Assembly: GCA_964623585.1 (NCBI GenBank)
Contig: CAZURU010000007.1
Location: forward strand, 1-32,691
Length of the DNA stretch: 32,691 bases
Source: an uncultured bacterium
GTDB taxonomy: Bacteria; Poribacteria; WGA-4E; WGA-3G
Reading direction: 5' to 3'
Part shown: positions 1 through 7,928 of the stretch, in pieces
Position numbering within the stretch: position 1 is the stretch's first letter
Layout: the number at the start of each line of letters is the position of its first letter
Translations under genes and position numbers: made by a program
Notes under the pieces: generated by a model
Databases searched by the model: none
What the model saw: the letters and a program-made list of their open reading frames with translations, nothing else
What the model was told of the DNA's origin: nothing

Positions 1-36
1 CATAGTGAGAATTGACAGAGTATTGAAGTTTCATTT

Positions 37-395
37 TCATTGAAGTGGGACAAAGACGATTTGGTCCACAAATTGATCTTCTTTGGATGTACCAGCGATT
101 CGTATCAACTCGCGAAGAATCGTTCCCATTGACACATTGGGATTAATCATGAAAACTCCCGGCACATGGTGTCCTGCTGCCAGATGGTCAGAAAGATGTT
201 TTGGTATAGTATTTGGATCATTTGTCACCAAAATGAAATTATGCTGCTCACACCACTTTAGGATTTCAGGGTCTGGTATGCTTCTCGCGGGGCACCATCA
301 TTGCCAATCGCCAAAACTGTTATTGATGGTTTATGAAATTGCAATTGCGTCCGGTATTTTGGAGAAATGTTTTCATCTATCAAATACCGAAGCAT
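37..395 (-). pseudogene. DUF5615-type PIN-like toxin gene, split by a 1-nt frameshift
   Basis: ATG at 395 gives MLRYLIDENISPKYRTQLQFHKPSITVLAIGNDGAPREAYQTLKS, then TAA at 258-260. A second frame, open from 297 to 37, continues PDPEILKWCEQHNFILVTNDPNTIPKHL...VFVPLQ. Joined, they give the MxxxLxDEN ... DPEIL ... ILVTxD pattern of DUF5615 (Mut7-C/PIN-like). The span is 359 nt, one nt short of in-frame. The ATG lies 2 nt after the stop of the upstream DUF433-ending gene. Confidence 0.6.
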
Positions 396-397
396 TT

Positions 398-3300
398 CTA
401 TTCCTGTTCTTTTTTTGATGGAGATGGTGTTGTTGCGGAGTCGTTTTTAGGAATGTTCATGTGTGAATCATCAGATACAACTTGTCTTTCTGCTTTAAGT
501 TGACGTAGTCGAACAACACCCGACGGCGGATTCTTTTCGTATTCCTCCCGTAAGATCTGGCTGAACTGGAGTTTATCTGCTAAATAGCTTCCTATTTTTA
601 TGGGATTTTGGAGGTAATAAAGAATCGTAGCGTAAACCTCTTCCAATCTCAGTGTAGGATAGTTATCAACAATGTCCTCTGGAGTTTGTGACAGGTGAAG
701 AGATTCATACAAGACAGTTTCAATACCGATGCGCGTGCCTTTTATTCGAATTTCATTCTCTGACAAAAAATCAAAGTTATCTTCAATAGTTGGATAGAAT
801 TGTGAGTAATCCTCAATTTGTCTAAGAATATGATTCTCAGTAGGGGAATATATAATATATCTGCCTTGAATTCGATTTGCAAGTTGTCTCAGTACTGCCT
901 TGCTTGATCGTTCTGCCGTAAGTCCAGCCAATAATCCGAATGTCAGATATTTGCGCTGACTATGAAGCATTGGTTCTTGCAACAGCTGAAAGAGGAAATC
1001 GACTGAAGCGTTTAATGCTTTTTGTAGACCCATCTTTTGCCCGTTCAGAGCATGGACTAAACTATTAAAGGGCTCAATAAGGTTCCAATTTGCCTGTTTT
1101 AATGCTTCCATTAACGTGTCCGTATCAAACTCCGTGTGATAGTAGTTGGAACAGACAAGTTGAATTGCCATTTTATTGTACTCATTTTTATCAAGGACAT
1201 TTTGATTTAGGCAATGTTCCAAAACAACTTGTGTCCACACACCTTCAATTTGGAAGTTTGTTCCAGCATCGTCGTTGAGCTGGGATTTTGCGTAGGTTCT
1301 AAGTCGTTCATCGTCCGAAAGGAGTAGGTATTCTGACTGACTTGCGATGAGAAGCGTGTCTATAAATAACGGTTGAAGCCTGCCATCTAATTCCTTTTTT
1401 CGGAGTTGATTCATTTGTAGTGCAGCGGTGCCTGGAATAACCTCACAGTTTTCCCTAATCCATTTGATCAGGTCTTTTAGACGTTCTACGCTACGTTTTA
1501 CATCATCAGGGTTTATCATGTGTCTTACATATCGGTTCCCTTGTTTCTCAATGCTCATACCTTCTCGTTGCGACCACATACCTTCTTGTTCATGAATCAT
1601 TTGCAAAAGGGCATCAATAGTTGTTTGTGCAACAGCAAGTTTTCCAAAAGTTTTGACAACAGTATTGGCAGCTTCTAAACAGTGTAAGGTAATTAGCGAA
1701 ATAAAGTCCACTACTAATTTAGGCTGCGAATTTTCGAGCAATGCAAGAGCATTTCTTCTCTCTTCAGCACTTCCTAAACAACACCTGATACCTAAGTCAG
1801 GCTTATTTATGAGAAGACTCCACAAGTCTAACACATTGTGCCCTGTCCAACTCATGAAAACTCCGATTGGAGGTTGGTGTTCTTTATATACATTTTCAAT
1901 CTGTAGCGAGGCTTCGTGTTGTTTGTTAACAATGTCATACAACGGTTGAAATTTTGCTGGATCATCAGTCTCTTTAGAATCGTCTAATGTTATGGACCCC
2001 ATTCCTTGATCCTCAGGAAAGAGTTTAGGAAATTTGCGGAAACTCTCTTGGAGGGCATCAACATATTTGCTTTTAATGGCAGTGATTTTTCCCCTTCTTG
2101 TTGTACCGGTCAATGTTTTCCCATAGATAACTTTTTCATTTACAGTTTTACCAAGTAGTCGCTTTACAAAAGGTTTTTTGATATTTTGTTCTCTACGTTC
2201 AATATCTGCATCATCACGGTCAACTATAATATACGAGACAGATTCATCGGAACTGTCAATTTGGACAGCTGTATCTTTTCCAACTTTAGTGGGGTTTAAT
2301 ACCTCAGGAATTTGCTTTTCTACTTGATAGAACAATCCAATGTATTTCAGATGAGCATCAGGTTCTTTGGAATACGTCCTTCGCGCTTCGTACATGATCT
2401 GAAGTGCTTTTTCTGGTTGAGATCTGACCTGATGTAAATGGGAAAGCTGAACACATGCTGGCAAAGAAAGACCCTTAATAATAGTAATATCATTAGAATT
2501 GAGAATACTATCTAGCAAATTATCAATATCATCTTCTTTGCAAGCACGATAGTAAACCATTCCGAGACGGATTCGCATATCATTATCGTTATGATATTTC
2601 TTCAAATATTCCTTACATACTGCTTCGGCTTGGTTCATATCGCCGATTTGTACATAAATAATGACCTCCATCTCAGTTACATTTTCAAGCGGGCCATATT
2701 TCTTTCGGAGTCCTTTACAAATTTCAAGTGCCTTTCCTATTTCACCAGCGTTATAGTAACTTTGTAGCAACCATTGTGTCAATTGAGAATTCTGGTTTGT
2801 ATTAGCAAGTTTTTCGTAAAGTGTTGCTGCTTCTTTAAATTGGTCATGATTGTAGAGTTGATCAGCTAATTCCAATTTATCATGTAGATTTTCACTATCT
2901 TGAACATAGTTGCATGCCAATTTGAGTTGGGAAATAGCCTCTTCACGCTTTCCAGTTTTACTTGAAATCATAGCCGCGTTGATAAGATTCAATACATTTG
3001 TCGGAGATGATTCCAGCATAGGTATTAGTATTTGTTCTGCATCTTCAAAACGTTCTATAGCTATATAATTACGAACAAGAAGACGATTTGCCTCATCTTG
3101 TAATTCAGAAGGTAAGTTGGTCTTTAAAAAATCGGTGAGTTTGGTTATTGCTTCTTCATAGCAATTATTTGCAAATAGAATATTAGCAATTAAAATCTGA
3201 GCTTCAAAGATTTCTGGTTCTGACTGAATTCTTTCCAAATATTCAATAGCAGCTTCATGATTCCCTTGTTCAAATGCCAATATCGCCCTATTTTTTAATA

Positions 3301-4726
3301 GCATAGATAACTTAGAGTCCAACGGTTCAATTTCTATGGCTACATCAAGATCTTTAATTGCGTCTTGTGATTTACCAAGAAGTCGTAGAGCTGTACTTCT
3401 GTTAATTATCCAATCTGTTCGAGCGATTCGTAACTCAGTATCGGCAACACTATCCCATGCTTCTGTTAAAAGTTCCACAGCTCGACTTAATTGTTCCTTT
3501 TCTGAATCGTGGGACTGAATGGTATACATGTCAGAACGATCATCCAATATTTCTTGGATCAAAATTGTTGCAAGTGAAGCTTTAAAACCCTGGTTATTTT
3601 CCAGTTCCCCTGCCACGGAGATTTCACCCCATTTTTTCGCTTCTTCAAAATTTCGGCGTTGCTTTGCGATCTCACTTATAGCATGTGCAATTTGTCGCGT
3701 ATCTCGTAAATAGTCAGGAATTTTAGCAATTACTTCTTCAAGTGGTACTTCCGCCGCAGAAATTCCAATAAGGATAATATAGGCATCCTTATTTGTCTCA
3801 TTCTTTTTTAATGCCTGCTTTGCGTAGTCCGCAGCTTTTTCCGTTTCTCCCAGTAAGTGGTGAGCTATAGCCCGATTAGAAAGTGCCTTTTCATCTTCAG
3901 AATTATATTGAAATGCTTCAATTATCAACTTTGCTGCTTCTCGTTCGTTATTAAGAACAGACTGAGCAGCTGCCATATTTGTTAAAATGTTAAATTTTGA
4001 GATTTTTGAAGTTGAAGTTTCATTCCCAATGCGCTGCCATAAGTCATCTAATCGTTTAAAAGCAGTTTTGGGGTTGTATTCAAGTAAATCTTCTTTCGCA
4101 CTGTTAATTATTAATTGGTGTTCTTTTGCCAGTGCAGTATCAACTGCATCAGAAACAATCAAATCAATGTATTTGCTTGAAAGATTAGGTGGTTGTGCAT
4201 GTAACCATTGGATTCCATCCAGGATTGCTTGGTTTTGTTCCCTTAAATGCTTTTGGCCTTCCAATTGTATTCTATCGGATTCAAGCATCATTTGAGTAGC
4301 AGCCTGTTGGTTGTGTGGTAAACGGTCATTGAAATTTGTGATTGCTTTTTCTATAACCGGTTGGAGTCTATGCACAAGTTCTTCAGTTGTAAATTGATTT
4401 CCGGGCCAAATAATACATTTTTGAAAAAGCTCTGTGACATTTAAAAGTTTTTCGTTTCTGTCTAATGAAACCAATTCAGTGATATTAAAATCTTCGAGAG
4501 AGGCAAGGACCTGATCAAGCGTGTTCTGATCTACCTTAATTATTTTTGGATTGTCGATATTGACAAGACGCGCAAGACGCGGGGCAATTTGCTTAACTGC
4601 ATCAACAAATGATTTTTTGAAAAGATCTTCTGGTGTGCTGTTGGTAAAGTGTTTTCTAATGACATCAACACCACCAACAATTGAGGCACTGCCAGATACG
4701 AGATTTATAAGTTCAAGTATTTCCAT
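398..4726 (-). CDS. Giant 1442-aa multidomain protein: unknown N-domain, TPR-like solenoid, GreA/GreB-C-like domain, PIN-like domain, C-terminal DUF433 HTH
   Basis: Uninterrupted 4.3-kb ORF. Helical TPR-like repeats span aa ~215-800 (nt 2327-4084). Aa 812-886 (nt 2069-2293), VGKDTAVQIDSSDESVSYIIVDRDDADIERREQNIKKPFVKRLLGKTVNEKV..GKITAI, fits the GreA/GreB C-terminal pattern. Aa ~1003-1200 (nt 1127-1720), KLVVDFISLITL ... SEYLLLSDDERLRTYA, fits the PIN acidic-residue pattern. Aa 1318-1375 (nt 602-775), IRIKGTRIGIETVLYESLHLSQTPEDIVDNYPTLRLEEVYATILYYL, fits DUF433. A consensus promoter lies upstream. Confidence 0.85.
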   Translation of the reverse strand: MEILELINLVSGSASIVGGVDVIRKHFTNSTPEDLFKKSFVDAVKQIAPRLARLVNIDNPKIIKVDQNTLDQVLASLEDFNITELVSLDRNEKLLNVTELFQKCIIWPGNQFTTEELVHRLQPVIEKAITNFNDRLPHNQQAATQMMLESDRIQLEGQKHLREQNQAILDGIQWLHAQPPNLSSKYIDLIVSDAVDTALAKEHQLIINSAKEDLLEYNPKTAFKRLDDLWQRIGNETSTSKISKFNILTNMAAAQSVLNNEREAAKLIIEAFQYNSEDEKALSNRAIAHHLLGETEKAADYAKQALKKNETNKDAYIILIGISAAEVPLEEVIAKIPDYLRDTRQIAHAISEIAKQRRNFEEAKKWGEISVAGELENNQGFKASLATILIQEILDDRSDMYTIQSHDSEKEQLSRAVELLTEAWDSVADTELRIARTDWIINRSTALRLLGKSQDAIKDLDVAIEIEPLDSKLSMLLKNRAILAFEQGNHEAAIEYLERIQSEPEIFEAQILIANILFANNCYEEAITKLTDFLKTNLPSELQDEANRLLVRNYIAIERFEDAEQILIPMLESSPTNVLNLINAAMISSKTGKREEAISQLKLACNYVQDSENLHDKLELADQLYNHDQFKEAATLYEKLANTNQNSQLTQWLLQSYYNAGEIGKALEICKGLRKKYGPLENVTEMEVIIYVQIGDMNQAEAVCKEYLKKYHNDNDMRIRLGMVYYRACKEDDIDNLLDSILNSNDITIIKGLSLPACVQLSHLHQVRSQPEKALQIMYEARRTYSKEPDAHLKYIGLFYQVEKQIPEVLNPTKVGKDTAVQIDSSDESVSYIIVDRDDADIERREQNIKKPFVKRLLGKTVNEKVIYGKTLTGTTRRGKITAIKSKYVDALQESFRKFPKLFPEDQGMGSITLDDSKETDDPAKFQPLYDIVNKQHEASLQIENVYKEHQPPIGVFMSWTGHNVLDLWSLLINKPDLGIRCCLGSAEERRNALALLENSQPKLVVDFISLITLHCLEAANTVVKTFGKLAVAQTTIDALLQMIHEQEGMWSQREGMSIEKQGNRYVRHMINPDDVKRSVERLKDLIKWIRENCEVIPGTAALQMNQLRKKELDGRLQPLFIDTLLIASQSEYLLLSDDERLRTYAKSQLNDDAGTNFQIEGVWTQVVLEHCLNQNVLDKNEYNKMAIQLVCSNYYHTEFDTDTLMEALKQANWNLIEPFNSLVHALNGQKMGLQKALNASVDFLFQLLQEPMLHSQRKYLTFGLLAGLTAERSSKAVLRQLANRIQGRYIIYSPTENHILRQIEDYSQFYPTIEDNFDFLSENEIRIKGTRIGIETVLYESLHLSQTPEDIVDNYPTLRLEEVYATILYYLQNPIKIGSYLADKLQFSQILREEYEKNPPSGVVRLRQLKAERQVVSDDSHMNIPKNDSATTPSPSKKEQE

Positions 4727-4798
4727 CGATTTCTACCCTTGTCAAAAATTTATTTCATAGTGTCTTATCAGTTTATCTGTTGCTACTTTTATTTTATC

Positions 4799-4827
4799 AT
4801 TATAGCATATTTATGTTGCGTAGTCAA
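4799..4827 (-). promoter_or_regulatory. Sigma70-type promoter for the giant gene
   Basis: The minus strand reads TTGACT (4827-4822), a 17-nt spacer, then TATAAT (4804-4799). This is ~70 nt upstream of the ATG at 4726. Confidence 0.5.
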
Positions 4828-4880
4828 GGTAAAAGGAGTCTGAGTTAAAATGATTAAAGTTGGTGATTGTTAGAACGGGA

Positions 4881-5006
4881 TTAACCACTATACCAAATCG
4901 GGAAAGCAAGTTCTTTCTTCTTAAGCCCTACCAACTCCGAAGCAAGATCACATTTCAAAATTTCATAATGCAAAGTTGGCAATTTCTTCAAGTCCGATAT
5001 TACGGA
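4881..5006 (-). pseudogene. 3-prime stub of a type IIG-like RM gene (paralogue of the C-terminus of the 990-aa protein)
   Basis: The minus-strand frame reads SVISDLKKLPTLHYEILKCDLASELVGLKKKELAFPIWYSG*. The 990-aa protein ends ...GITSDNVLESMQTLREML..KCDLDAELMGLKLKGVAFPSWYDG*. Hand alignment of the last 25 codons (4881-4955 vs 10262-10336) gives 60/75 identical nt. No start codon or N-terminal body is present. Confidence 0.65.
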
Positions 5007-5791
5007 TTAATCCTTACATTCCACACAGAAAGTTCACCTATAATTTCCTTGTCTGGAATTTTATCTAAATCCATTAAATCATATAGATCTTTTCCTAAAT
5101 ATGTTGGGGTTGCCAGAAGCATGTGACTCGCGCAAAATTTATAATCTTCAATTATTGGTGCTTGAGTTCCTGAAATTATATAATTTTTGATTAACTTTAA
5201 CATTTCTCTACTTATGTTATGAAATTTATGTTTATCATCTTGGTTCATTTGATTTATTTTTTTTGCTAATTTATCATCATCAACTGGATCGTATTCCCAT
5301 TTTCCATGTCCGTGGTCATACTCTATTATAAATTTGATAATACACAAACATCTATATGATATCGAATCTATTATATCAAAATATTCAAATGCACTCCCCG
5401 CATCTATTCTAGAGTTTTCCATTAGTTGTATATTTTTCCAAAAGGATCCGATATATCTACTTTTTTTACATTGAATGTCAAGTAGCATAGATTTTATGGT
5501 TCTATAAAATATTTTAGATGGGTTATTTGTAGTGTTTTCACTATACCAATCTGTCCTTAAAGATTTCTCTTGAAATTCGATATCATTTTGAGCTTGCTTT
5601 ACTGCTTCAACTATCGAATGTGTTATATTTTCCTTTATAAATTCTGGCTCATTGGGTAACATTCTATTAATAAGATTTTTTAAATGCTTAGGTATAGACT
5701 GCATTGTCTCTATATTAGAAACAAAACTTAATATTTCCTTAGCTGCTATTTCTTCAGTAGCTATTTCAATTAATTGCATAATTTCATTCAT
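5000..5791 (-). CDS. Hypothetical protein, 263 aa, extremely AT-rich orphan
   Basis: Long ORF in a very AT-rich stretch, with AAGGAG 15 nt upstream of the ATG at 5791. I recognise no motif. No HEPN Rx4-6H, P-loop or HExxH signature was seen. Confidence 0.55.
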   Translation of the reverse strand: MNEIMQLIEIATEEIAAKEILSFVSNIETMQSIPKHLKNLINRMLPNEPEFIKENITHSIVEAVKQAQNDIEFQEKSLRTDWYSENTTNNPSKIFYRTIKSMLLDIQCKKSRYIGSFWKNIQLMENSRIDAGSAFEYFDIIDSISYRCLCIIKFIIEYDHGHGKWEYDPVDDDKLAKKINQMNQDDKHKFHNISREMLKLIKNYIISGTQAPIIEDYKFCASHMLLATPTYLGKDLYDLMDLDKIPDKEIIGELSVWNVRINP

Positions 5792-5939
5792 TATATTATG
5801 ATATACTCCTTAAACGTTCACAATGGATAGTTTGTACTGCCAGCGGATACTCCTTTCAGTATATGGATATTATACAACAATCTTGTTTTAGAGAGGGTCC
5901 GAATTTCCGATGGTTGTACACCTAACAAACTCACTTGTG

Positions 5940-6262
5940 TGATGTCCGCTTTCCTTCACTAACAACTTTTTTTGTTCAGTTTTGAGTTGAAGTAAGGGAA
6001 CAACAGCGGATTACGGATTTTTCCCTTGTTCTTCTCGGGCCTTTAGGCAGAATTCCATATAATCCACAAAATGAGCACTTACTTTTTGTTGATTTTGAAG
6101 GAATATAGAATTGTGGCGTAGGCGTGTTATAACGTTACCGTGTGTAAACGTTGGTCAATCTCTTCTTGTGTTTTGCCATAGAACAGATTCTATACCTATA
6201 GGTGTTCCCTTGATAAGAACATCATCTTCAGCCAAAGAGTTGAAGTAATCTTCTATTTGCAT
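5940..6262 (-). pseudogene. Decayed DUF433 gene, paralogue of the C-terminal ~110 aa of the giant protein
   Basis: From the ATG at 6262: MQIEDYFNSLAEDDVLIKGTPIGIESVLWQNTRRD*, with TGA at 6155-6157. After a frameshift it reads EEIDQRLHTVTL*HAYATILYSFKINKK. A third frame reads FVDYMEFCLKAREEQGKNP*SAVVPLLQLKTEQKKLL. This is colinear with giant-protein aa 1303-1415 (QIEDY..IRIKGTRIGIETVLY..PEDIVDNYPTLRLEEVYATILYYL..LQFSQILREEYEKNPPSGVVRLRQLKAERQVV). There are at least 2 frameshifts and 2 in-frame stops. Confidence 0.65.
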
Positions 6263-6361
6263 GTTTAGATCTCTTAAGTTGAAATCAGCATTTGCTTCAT
6301 TTTACCAATGTGATTCATCTGATATAAACCTTAAACTGATGACTCATTAAAAGCACAAGAG

Positions 6362-7684
6362 TTACTCTAAAATAAAATTACCTTCTGCATCAAAGGCAGG
6401 AATCCATTTTTTCTCAAAACCAAAAGCCTCATATACCTCTTCGACTAACTTATAAGCAACATGATCTGGGACAAAATTTGAGTCAACAGTCCGTTTGGAA
6501 ACAATCGATTTTTGTTCCATGTATACATTTCTCTCGTCTTGAAATCCAGCAAATATAACATTGGATGGATTCCCTTTCGGTAACATAAATCCTTTAAGAT
6601 TATGATACTCTTGTTGGACAGAAATTCTTGAATTAATACCAGATGTCTCATAGATTGTCTTAACCAATCTCAGGAATGACACCGGGAATTCACATACTAC
6701 GAATGGATATAGCCACGGAGTGGAAATTCCTGACTCCTCACGTCTCCATTGAAATGTTCCAGAATTAAGTGGACAACGAACTTCAAGATAACCATTTTTT
6801 AATTGAATGATTTCCCCGCCGGTAACATTAGGACCTCTAATTCCCTCAAGCGAAAAGGATACTTCTCTTTCCAAGATTCCTGTCACGCCAAAGTTTCCGT
6901 AACGTCTATTTGGTGGATTAAATAAGATTCTACGTATATCCTCATTCTTTGTATTAACAACGTTAGGATTGAGGTTTTCAGGAACAGCGAGGATGCGGTA
7001 ATAAGGTTGACCTGACAGATCATTATCAAATCGCAATTTCATTAGATGAAGTAAATCTTTCGCTTCAAATTGTTCTAAAGGATCATCCTCAAGTGTCATG
7101 GAATTTCTTCTGTCTACATCCATGTTTCGTAATATTGTATCCAATTTTGCCTCCATCTGAGTCGTAATTGGGGGTTGATAACGCATTAATAGATCTTGAA
7201 TCAGCTCGGATATAGGAAATTCTCTTGTATCATCTCCATATCGCTTCACAAAATTGGTTGAGTTTTTCCATTTAAAACTGTGAGGACGCATTCCACTCTG
7301 CGGAATATGAATAATTACAAGATCAATATCTTTATTATTCCATTTCAGGGAGCAAGGCTCTACCTCAAAATTAGGGATTCGTGGATCAATATTTTGCAAG
7401 CAAATTCCCTTGATACTTTTAGCAATGTTTACAGCATCAGGTACTGGACAGAAACCTTGGGCAATCTTATTCTTTTCCGATATACCAATGATAATATAAC
7501 CTCCTTCTGCGTTGGCCATTGCTGTAACATCTTTGCAAATTTCGCGTTTTCGCTTATCAGCATCATTGGGATCTTCGGGATAATCTTGCTGTTTGAAGTC
7601 AATCCATAGGTTTTCTTCCTGTTTACCAATAAGATCCTTCAGTTCTTGGTCAGTAATATGAGAAATGGGACGATTTTCAAACAT
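6362..7684 (-). CDS. AlbA_2 (Schlafen-type divergent AAA DNA-binding) domain protein with unknown ~270-aa C-terminal domain
   Basis: The N-terminal ~150 aa (ELKDLIGKQEENLWIDFKQ ... ICKDVTAMANAEGGYIIIGISEKNKI ...) fit the AlbA_2 pattern. The ORF-track start at 7786 adds 34 Cys/hydrophobic residues with no RBS. The ATG at 7684 (MFENRP) has GGAG 13 nt upstream and is preferred. Confidence 0.7.
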   Translation of the reverse strand: MFENRPISHITDQELKDLIGKQEENLWIDFKQQDYPEDPNDADKRKREICKDVTAMANAEGGYIIIGISEKNKIAQGFCPVPDAVNIAKSIKGICLQNIDPRIPNFEVEPCSLKWNNKDIDLVIIHIPQSGMRPHSFKWKNSTNFVKRYGDDTREFPISELIQDLLMRYQPPITTQMEAKLDTILRNMDVDRRNSMTLEDDPLEQFEAKDLLHLMKLRFDNDLSGQPYYRILAVPENLNPNVVNTKNEDIRRILFNPPNRRYGNFGVTGILEREVSFSLEGIRGPNVTGGEIIQLKNGYLEVRCPLNSGTFQWRREESGISTPWLYPFVVCEFPVSFLRLVKTIYETSGINSRISVQQEYHNLKGFMLPKGNPSNVIFAGFQDERNVYMEQKSIVSKRTVDSNFVPDHVAYKLVEEVYEAFGFEKKWIPAFDAEGNFILE

Positions 7685-7811
7685 CGTTAAATTCAGACTC
7701 CTTTTTAAAGCAGTATCACTATGAACAAGTGAGCATGCCCTACAATATGCAAAGGTATGAACGAGTATAAACACAACTAAAGTCATGAAATTATCCTCTG
7801 TATGAGTATGT

Positions 7812-7928
7812 TTAGCGTGTTTTGTTTAAAGGATCAGGTTGTTTAACCTTGTGCTGTTGACTAATCACACCTTGGATACTCGGTTCAGTCCTTTCGTGTT
7901 TCAAGATAATACCATCAGTTAGTAACGC
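7812..7928 (-). pseudogene. Second 3-prime stub of a type IIG-like RM gene
   Basis: The minus-strand frame reads ALLTDGIILKHERTEPSIQGVIS..., against SLLIDVLGI...LREMLCAEPSIHGG in the 990-aa protein. At DNA level, cacaccttggatactcggttcag (7868-7890) matches cccaccgtggatactcggttcag (10348-10370) at 21/23 nt. The stub starts immediately after the stop codon (7929-7931) of the upstream remnant and diverges after EPSIQG. Confidence 0.55.

Noticed and set aside
258-300. Programmed ribosomal frameshift in the DUF5615 gene
   Set aside because: There is no slippery heptamer (X XXY YYZ) and no obvious downstream structure in the 261-297 switch region. A pseudogene or sequencing error is more parsimonious.
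83-4760. Plus-strand ORFs overlapping the giant gene (83-418, 1090-1278, 1653-1949, 3336-3713, 3987-4295, 4551-4760)
   Set aside because: All lie antisense to a long, motif-rich ORF. They have no RBS and biased low-complexity translations, so they are shadow ORFs. The same reasoning applies to the antisense or alternative-frame ORFs inside 10262-13234, 13518-15854, 16376-17284, 17898-21641, 21780-24200, 27236-28000 and 28638-32414.
4860-5126. Plus-strand ORF 4860-5126 and plus-strand ORFs 10250-10556
   Set aside because: Their mutual similarity is explained by the minus-strand homology between the RM C-terminus and its stub. They are antisense shadows.
7685-7786. N-terminal extension of the AlbA_2 ORF (start at 7786), and similar extensions at 9269, 26648 and 32414
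   Set aside because: The extensions lack an RBS, overlap upstream genes or IS ends, or add non-conserved hydrophobic/Cys-rich residues. Internal ATGs with Shine-Dalgarno-like sequences fit better. The alternatives are noted in the features.
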